Shown here in pieces: positions 55,847 to 64,000 of a DNA stretch of 64,000 bases (its first letter is position 1; every line of letters begins with the position of its first letter). Source of the stretch: Phyllobates terribilis (lineage: Eukaryota); contig NW_027362767.1 of assembly GCF_046119375.1 (NCBI RefSeq), forward strand, positions 262,570,001 through 262,634,000. Direction: 5' to 3'. Below the pieces are notes generated by a model that saw only the letters and a list, made by a program, of their open reading frames with translations, made no database searches and had not been told where the DNA came from. Both the position numbers and the translations under genes were made by a program.

Positions 55847-56796
55847 TGACGCGCCCCCTGGGGCCATGGGGTACTCGGTAGCCGGGCCAGTCCTTTTCTA
55901 TTGGGGGTAGTCACGGTGGCAGTGACCCGGTCCGTGGCCCAGGGCGGTCAAATAAAGAAAAGGAAAAGTCAGTTTGGGCAATAAAGTGTTTGGGAATAAG
56001 TTTGTGACGCCACCCGTGGTATGCGGCTATATGGGGACGCCTCTGCGGTGCAGATCCACTGGGGCTGATGGTGACACAGCTGAGATAGTGCTGCTCTCCA
56101 CGGGCAGAGCTGGGCCCCAGGGCAGTATATTTGATGGATGTTGTAGATGTAGTTGGTGTAGTGCAAGGCAGGTGGCGCAGCAATTAGGCAAGGACATAGT
56201 GGGGTGCAGTCTTCAAGCTTTTACTCAGTTATCACGCTGCTCCAGGTTACAACTGCCAGATTATAACCGCCCACGTAGTCCTGTGTCTTCCGGGCAAGTG
56301 ATCCAGCCAACTCTCAGTTAATTTGGGTGCACTTGATCGGGACCCCTTCCTGTGAACCTCTCCAGGTCATCTCTCTGCGCTGGCTCTCGCCTTCATGCCC
56401 CGCACCTCACACACAGTGTCCCGAGCCAGTGGCCAGCGGCCTTGTCGGGCAACGTCCGGTCTGTCCCCTTGGTCCTATATGGCCACCTTTTCAGCTAATG
56501 TGTGTGGATTGTGGCTACAGCACATGAAGATATCGCACCTCCGGTTTGGTAGCTGAGCTTTAAAGTCTTCCTTCTTCCTCCACCCACCTCCTCTACTTAG
56601 TTCTACCTTCCTAACAGGGACCAGGGTCTGTGCTCTCCCTCAGGAGCAATCTCGCCCTTCACTACTGTAGTGGTGTAGTGTTGGATGTGGGTGTGTGGGT
56701 CACGGGTAGTGCTCCCTCCTTACCTGAGAGTGGGGTACCACACCTCTGGCTGAGATGCAGTACCTACGTGGCGACTGGACCCGCAGGGGCGCCACA
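55847..56796. mobile_element. Probable solo LTR (Gypsy-like), 950 bp
   Basis: TG...CA ends with short inverted repeat tgacgcgcccc / ggggcgccaca and a 4-bp CATG duplication on both sides; no coding sequence. Confidence 0.6.
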
Positions 56797-57441
56797 CATG
56801 CGCATCTGCACAAGTCCGGCGCGTGCGCACTGAGACTGTGTGATTACCAGCTTCACTGCGCACGTGCTGTGACCTGTGGCTCCTGGCACGTGCACAGTCA
56901 ATGTATCTTGCATTCACCGCTGCAGTGTCACTGCACATGCGCCCCACAAACATAGCACTTGCCGGGAGCAGTATTAAAAAGTCATGGGCAGCGCCAGCAA
57001 TAACTGAACGCGGCGATCGCCCATGACTGAATCTGATGGTTGGTAGTAATTAGGATATGTGAGGTGATATACTGATGTTCTCTTAACAGTTTGTCGATTC
57101 CCACCGAGAGTCTTGCTAATTGTTTAGTAAGTGTGATATCACTGCTCATGATATCGTGAATAAGAGATTCAACTTTCCCCCAAACACTTTTGATATTGCT
57201 ACAATCCCAGAAAAGGTGTTTTTATATGTCCCTTGAGCCACTATGTCTCCAACAAAGGGCAGAATGAGATGAGGAACTTTGATGCAGTCTTTGAGGGGTG
57301 AGATACCATCTGGTGAGTAATTTATACTATGTTTCATGAAGGGTAGCGCAAAGATTTGACGAATGGAAGATTTGTGCGGTTCCCTGAGTAAAGTGGAGAT
57401 CCTTGTTGGAATAGATGTTTTCTGAAAATTTTTCTTTATGA

Positions 57442-58321
57442 GGCTATGTGCCCACGATGCAGAAATGCTCACGATTTTTTCCTGAGCGTTTCTGCATCTC
57501 CCTGGCAGAAAAAATGCATGCGGATTGAACATATGGGATTGTACATGCGGATTGTACATGCGTTTTTCCTGCCAGGGACATGTGGATGTGAAGCTTTCTT
57601 CACATGCATTTCCACATGCGGGTTGACAAGCGCTTTCCAAGCGATTTTAGCATCACTTGGAAAGTGCTTGACAACTTGGTCACACTATATAAATCCATGC
57701 AACCGGCATGGATTTATATACTGGGACCGAAAGAATGGTAAAAAATAAATCTATACTTACCTTCCGATGGCCCCTGGAGTCTTGCTTCGCTCCGTCCTGG
57801 CTTGCCGTCAGCTCGTGGTACACTACACTGAAGGACCTGCCGTCACATGACTAAATGACGTCAGCGCAGGTCCTTCAGTCCACCGCGCTGCCAGCAAGTG
57901 AAGACAAGGACACCAGGGGCCATCAGAAGGTAAATATAATATTTATTTTTTATTTTATTCTTTTTTTCACAGGTTCTATGGTACCTGAGTCTGGAGGAGA
58001 GTCTCCTCACCTCCACACCCGGGTACCATCCTCACGTTGAAACTTTTGGATTCCGCATGTACAGATGCAGTGATGCGGATTCCACGCGGTCCAAAGCAAG
58101 TCAATGGCGGCGAAAACGCAGCGCTTCCGCAAAATAATTGGTAGAGCTGCGTTTTTTGCCGCAATGATAATCCTCAGCGGAAATTTCCGCAGCATGTGCA
58201 CAGCACATGCGGATTATCATTGGGGGACATGGCAGACTTTCTACCGTGCATTTTTTAATCATTTCTGCACCGTTTTTGCCGCTGCGGAAACGCTTAAAAA
58301 ACGCATCGTGGGCACACAGCC
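57442..58321 (+). mobile_element. Harbinger-type MITE (880 bp), same family as 43053-43895
   Basis: tga|ggctatgtgcccacgatgcag ... catcgtgggcacacagcc|tta. Confidence 0.85.
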
Positions 58322-59063
58322 TTAAAGTTAGTGAGATATTTTTTAATGTTGAGGTATGGGACAAAATTGATGTCATAAAGTTTGAATTTCTCTTTATAGA
58401 AATATTTTTTTTTTTTATTATAACTTGAAGACTCTATTCAGTGCTAGATGTAACACCAGGAGAGGGGCAGCAGAGATGTACCTATATGCCCCTGCAGAAT
58501 TTTGTATCATTGCAAAATATGATCCCTCTTGTGCATAAAAAAATCTGAGCTTTATTTTCTGCCGTAGAGGCATCTAATAGGGTTATGTCCTACATGTTGT
58601 GCCGGACTGGCACAGAACTGTCTTGCTGTAATCAGTATTGAAGCCAATTACATCACCTGGACTTTGCCATTTTTTTTTATTAGCGCCATTAATTTTCTTA
58701 TTTGACAGTTTGGGTCATTGCAAACTATTGCAGCTTTTGTACTTATTGCCTGACTCCATTTCTGTAACGTAATGCCAAGAAAATACTTTGCACCCTGCTG
58801 CTGTGCAATTTCCACACAAATCCTGCTTTAGGTAAGGCAAAGGTCTATTTTACAGAGCTATTCGGGGGGCCCCATGTATTGCTGCCATGTAAGGGGCGCT
58901 GCTCACGACTAATGATCACGTCTTTTATCCTTAAATCAAATTTCCAGTATTTTATAAAGTGTCTGTTAGGACGTATGGCGGTCACGCACGATCCTCTACC
59001 CCCTGTATACTCTACGCTCAAAAATTGTGGATATTTGGCTTTCGGGTAAAATTTATGAAAAAC

Positions 59064-59369
59064 TTAAAGGGGTATTTCCATCTCCAAGATCCTGTCCCCA
59101 ATATGTAGTAGGTGTAATAATAACATTAGCAAATACCTCCAATTAGAAATGTAGTATAGTATTTTTGATTCGCTACGACACTTACCTCATGTGCAGGCAT
59201 TGCAGGACCTTAGGAATCCATGATTACAACCTTTAGCAGCTAGCTAACTGTCACTTTATCAGTGGACGTAACCATGGATACCCAAGGTCCTGCAATGCCT
59301 GCACATGAGGAAAGAGACATAGCCAATCAAAAAAGCTGTACAACATATCTTATTGGAGGTATTTGCTAA

Positions 59370-59408
<39 letters not shown>

Positions 59409-59450
59409 ACCTACTACATATTGGGATAAGAGATGGGAATGCCCCTTTAA
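59064..59450. mobile_element. TTAA-flanked T2-type MITE with long arms and an (ATT)n expansion
   Basis: ttaaaggggtatttccatct ... agatgggaatgcccctttaa; arms atatgtagtaggtgtaataataa / ttattattacacctactacatat. Confidence 0.75.
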
Positions 59451-60571
59451 GTTCACGCTCCAGTGATATTTTATCATGACAGTCTTGCATTTAAGTAGAA
59501 GCAGCAATGGTGATTTCCTCATCTCAAACAATTTAATGAAACAAAAGGCAATAACAGTGGTGGGTATATCCCACAAAAAATGTCAATGTTTCAATAACTT
59601 GTCATGTGGCCTTGATCATCAATTACAGCTGATAACGATGTCTCCTGCTGTTCACAAGTGGAGTTTTTGTCGCTGAGGCATGGCGTCCCATCTTCATGAA
59701 GGGCGGCCCTCAGGTCATTGAGGTTCTAGGGTACAGAGTTACGAGCCTCTACATGGCGACTCAGCTGATCCCATAGGGTTTGTGTAGGATTCTGGTCTGG
59801 AGAAAGTGAAGGCCACTCCATTTGAGGTACCCCAGTCTCCAGGAGCTGTTCCCTAATGATGCGACCTCAATCAGCTGGAGCATTGTCTTTCATGAAGATG
59901 AAATTAGGCCTGTGTTCGTGCAGATGCACAATGACTGGATTAATGATGTTATACAAGTAGTAGGGGCTTGTCACTGTACCATCCACAAAGTGTATGGCAC
60001 TTCTGACTAGCACACCTGCCCACACTAACACCACCACCACCAAAGGCTCGTCTGGTGACAACTGTGGCTGATGCATAGATCTCTCCTTGACGTCTCCAAC
60101 ATCGTTGGCAGCCATCATTTCTGCTCAGTGTGAATCAACTTTCATCAGTGAACAGTAAGGGGGCCCACTGATCCCTTGTCCAGCATAGATGCTCCCTGGC
60201 CCATGGGCCTGTGTCAGGTGGTGTGGTCAGGTACCTTGCAGGTCGTCTAGCACCCAGACCACGCTGATGTAAACTGTTTTGAATGGTCTGACGTGGCACT
60301 TGGAGCCTTTCTCATCCTTTAAATGTGCCTGGAGTTGTGTGGCATTCATCATTCGGTCCCGAAGGGCATTGTTCAGAATGAAGCTTTCATCCGTGTGGGA
60401 TGTGGCCAAAGGACGTCCACTTCTCTGCCTTTCTGTGACTCTTCCAGTCTCTCTCCATCTCTGTTGCTCCCTGCTGATGATTATGTGACTCTCTAAGCTC
60501 AGTGGCCACTTTTGTCTGAGAACATCCTGCTTGATGCCTCGCAATGGTGAGGTACTGTGGATCAACTGTTA

Positions 60572-60943
60572 GGATATGTGCCCACGATGCATCCAGGTCT
60601 GCAGTCCAGTCACTGCCGAAGAGCCCATGCCGGCTTCCGCTCATTTTATGCAAAAGATCGGTGCCATTTTTTTTTTATTTTCACATGTGGACTTTCCTCA
60701 TAGAGGTTAGGTCTATGGGGAAAGCCCGCATGCGGACCCGCAAGAGAAATTGACATGCTGCGATCTGGAAAGACGCACCGCATGTCAGTTTCCGCGGGTG
60801 ATCGGCAAGTGCCCAGAGACGCGTAGTGGGCATGGCATTTCTACAAATCCCATCCACTATGCTGTAACATCTGGCCGCTGCAGGTTTGACGCTGCATAAG
60901 TCCACAGCATCAAACCTGCAGCGGCTCCGGATCGTACATACCC
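60572..60943. mobile_element. Harbinger-type MITE inserted near the start of the transposase
   Basis: TTA|ggatatgtgcccacgat ... atcgtacataccc|TTA. Confidence 0.8.
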
Positions 60944-61022
60944 TTATGTGTCGCCTTGATCTCATGATGTCAGTGTGAACAGCATGATGATGATGAGGAC
61001 TGATTAATACCAATTCTGATTC

Positions 61023-61325
61023 AACCCCAAAATATATTGGGAGATTCATGGATCAAACACCTGTTGTGAATTTTGCTATTTAGGCCACGGCCGGACTATC
61101 AGTATTTGGTCAGTATTCGGTCAGTATTTTTTCTCAGGAGTGGGTGATAAATGCAGAATTGGTGACTTGTTTCTATTATACCTTTTCTCTGATTGTTCCT
61201 CACCTGCTTTTGGCTCCCACTCCTGAGAAAAATACTGACCAAATACTGATAGTCTGGCCGTGGCCTAAATGGCAAAATTCACAACAGGTGTTTGATCCAT
61301 GAATCTCCCAATATATTTTGGGGTT
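61023..61325. repeat. About 300-bp fold-back: MITE 61083-61266 plus about 58-bp inverted duplication of the flanking transposon DNA
   Basis: aaccccaaaatatattgggagattcatggatcaaacacctgttgtgaattttgctattta versus its reverse complement at 61267-61325 (one mismatch). Confidence 0.9.
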
Positions 61326-61959
61326 CAATTATAATGGGCTTTGTTAGAGAGCAGCAAGTTGTGCAGAAAGTACTGAGACATTGAACAGTTGGACATGTGC
61401 CTTCAAAAGGTTAGAGACATCACATTAAGTTCACCTTAAAGGGTTAGACGGCATTTTAGGATCATCCTGAAATGTCACCCAAATATTCCTGACTTTTTGT
61501 GAATAGTGTAGGGCTAGGTAGGAAGAACCTGGGTTGTTCTTCCTTATATAAATGACCGATATTATTATTACCAAAGGGTGGGGTATGACTAACCGTGGAG
61601 CAACAAGACTGTGGGCACTCACCGGCGTCCCCGATTGGTATTGGTTGGTAGGCTGCCACCAGAAATCATTTGGCTATTGCCCAATAAAGATTATTTATTG
61701 AGGAATATGAAGAACCATATAATATACGTTGTAGGATTATTGTTCATTATAATAATAATTTTCTTTCTATAGAGCCAATATATTTCACAGCACTTAACAA
61801 TTCAGAGGGATTTCTTACCCCGTAGCAGAAAATATGGCCCTTTCCGATGGTTGTAAGATTTTTTTTCCTCTATGAGAAACATTGAACTTGTGTTTTGTAA
61901 ATTCCATAACTTTACTGCAATTTGTAGACACATAAATGTGTGATATATAATAATGTGAC

Positions 61960-64000
61960 GTAGGGGGACGCTATTCCCTGGATAGATGGAATAATGTGAC
62001 GTAGGAGGACGCTGGTCCCTGGATAGATGGAATAATGCGACGTTGGAGGACGATGGTCCCTGGATAGATGGAATAATGTGACGTAGGAGGACGCTATTCC
62101 CTGGATAGATGGAATAATGTGACGTAGGAGGACGCTATTCCCTGGATAGATGGAATAATGTGACGTAGGAGGACGCTGGTCCCTGGATAGATGGAATAAT
62201 GTGACGTAGGAGGACGCTATTCCCTGGATAGATGGAATAATGTGACGTAGGAGGACGCTGTTCCCTGGATAGATGGAATAATGTGACGTAGGAGGACGCT
62301 ATTCCCTGGATAGATGGAATAATGTGACGTAGGAGGACGCTGGTCCCTGGATAGATGGAATAATGTGACGTAGGAGGACGCTGTTCCCTGGATATATATA
62401 ATAATGTGACGTAGGAGGACGCTGGTCCCTTGATAGATGGAATAATGTGACGTAGGAGGACGCTGTTCCCTGGATAGATGGAATAATGTGACGTAGGAGG
62501 ACGCTATTCCCTGGATAGATGGAATAATGTGACGTAGGAGGACGCTGGTCCCTGGATAGATGGAATAATGTGACGTAGGAGGACATTCCCTGGATAGATG
62601 GAATAATGTGATGTAGGAGGACGCTATTCCCTGGATAGATGGAATAATGTGACGTAGGAGGACGCTATTCCCTGGATGGATAGAATAATGTGACGTAGGA
62701 GGATGCTGGTCCCTGGATAGATGGAATAATGTGACGTAGGAGGACGCTATTCCCTGGATAGATGGAATAATGTGACGTAGGAGGACGCTATTCCCTGGAT
62801 AGATGAAATAATGTGACGTAGGAGGATGCTGGTCCCTGGATAGATGGAATAATGTGACGTAGGAGGACGCTGTTCCCTGGATAGATTGAATAATGTGACG
62901 TAGGAGGATGCTGATCCCTGGATATATATAATAATGTGACGTAGGAGGACGCTGTTCCCTGGATAGATTGAATAATGTGACGTAGGAGGACGCTATTCCC
63001 TGGATATATATAATAATGTGATGTAGGAGGACGCTGTTCCCTGGATAGATTGAATAATGTGACGTAGGAGGACGCAATTCCCTGGATATATATAATAATG
63101 TGACGTAGGAGGACGCTGTTCCCTGGATAGATTGAATAATGTGACGTAGGAGGACGCTATTCCCTGGATAGATGGAATAATGTGACGTAGGAGGACGCTG
63201 GTCCCTGGATAGATGGAATAATGTGATGTAGGAGGACGCTGATCCCTGGGTAGATGGAATAATGTGACGTAGGAGGACGCTATTCCCTGGATAGATGGAA
63301 TAATGTGACGTAGGAGGACGCTATTCCCTGGATAGATGAAATAATGTGACGTAGGAGGATGCTGGTCCCTGGATAGATGGAATAATGTGACGTAGGAGGA
63401 CGCTGTTCCCTGGATAGATTGAATAATGTGACGTAGGAGGATGCTGATCCCTGGATATATATAATAATGTGACGTAGGAGGACGCTGTTCCCTGGATAGA
63501 TTGAATAATGTGACGTAGGAGGACGCTATTCCCTGGATATATATAATAATGTGATGTAGGAGGACGCTGTTCCCTGGATAGATTGAATAATGTGACGTAG
63601 GAGGACGCAATTCCCTGGATATATATAATAATGTGACGTAGGAGGACGCTGTTCCCTGGATAGATTGAATAATGTGACGTAGGAGGACGCTATTCCCTGG
63701 ATAGATGGAATAATGTGACGTAGGAGGACGCTATTCCCTGGATAGATGGAATAATGTGACGTAGGAGGACGCTGGTCCCTGGATAGATGGAATAATGTGA
63801 TGTAGGAGGACGCTGATCCCTGGGTAGATGGAATAATGTGACGTAGGAGGACGCTATTCCCTGGATAGATGGAATAATGTGACGTAGGAGGACGCTGATC
63901 CCTGGGTAGATGGAATAATGTGACGTAGGAGGACGCTGATCCCTGGGTAGATGGAATAATGTGACGTAGGAGGACGCTATTCCCTGGATAGATGGAATAA
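61960..64000 (+). repeat. 41-bp minisatellite (about 50 units, running off the window end)
   Basis: Unit gaataatgtgacgtaggaggacgctattccctggatagatg; 533-bp (13-unit) higher-order duplication. Confidence 0.97.

Larger units (their letters stand above)
54064..57086. mobile_element. TTAA-flanked T2-type palindromic MITE hosting a Helitron-like element and a solo LTR
   Basis: ttaaagggaacctgtca ... tgatgttctcttaa; internal arms agattcagtcatgggc / gcccatgactgaatct and tatgtttgtggggcgcatg / catgcgccccacaaacata. Confidence 0.5.
59451..61436 (-). mobile_element. Degenerate Tc1-like DD34E-spaced transposon interrupted by two MITEs
   Basis: Fragments QAGCSQTKVATEL, RETGRVTERQRSGRPLATSH, FMKDNAPA..GVPQMEWPSLSPDQNP, AVIDDQGHMTSY with stop at 59591-59593. 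Confidence 0.85.

Noticed and set aside
57146-57440. Minus-strand ORF tail in unique-looking DNA
   Set aside because: Starts inside a MITE, no recognisable domain or splice signals
62217-63610. 286-aa and 205-aa ORFs
   Set aside because: Translations of the 41-bp repeat
49087-64000. PNPLA7 coding exons
   Set aside because: Searched by eye for the N-terminal transmembrane and FRKRDKV-type exons and found none; gene symbol withheld

Overview
Vertebrate genomic DNA, most likely from a neobatrachian frog (inferred from the repeat landscape; species not determinable here). It holds the conserved block equivalent to human 9q34.3. ZMYND19 is on + (6 coding exons, 3504-13562, 227 aa). DPH7/WDR85 is on + (9 coding exons, 28774-35895, 442 aa), with a probable non-coding first exon about 7 kb upstream ending at 21642. 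MRPL41 is on - (single coding exon 38626-39033, 135 aa), with a probable non-coding exon 1 near 44288. A further + strand CpG-island promoter and first exon lies at about 48850-49086 and may belong to PNPLA7 by synteny only; no coding exon of it was found. About 40% of the window is tandem repeat (six unrelated arrays, 30-97 bp units). Much of the rest is nested transposons: five Tc1/mariner-superfamily families (including an ORF-intact DD35E Traveler-type copy), L2 LINEs, a V-type SINE, Harbinger- and T2-type MITEs, a hAT element, a Helitron-like element and a solo LTR. Two N-gaps are present. The most unusual observations are: (1) a 40-bp segment bounded by 9-bp inverted repeats that is flipped between two near-identical transposon copies just upstream of the transposase ATG; (2) a DPH7 CAG/TAG tandem acceptor whose proximal site inserts an in-frame stop; (3) a DPH7 intron-1 minisatellite that repeats the exon-1 splice donor together with a short uORF; (4) a different minisatellite just downstream of every CpG-island promoter; (5) a fold-back inverted duplication of target DNA around a MITE. 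No prokaryotic or CRISPR features were found; the very long ORFs in the track are repeat artefacts.
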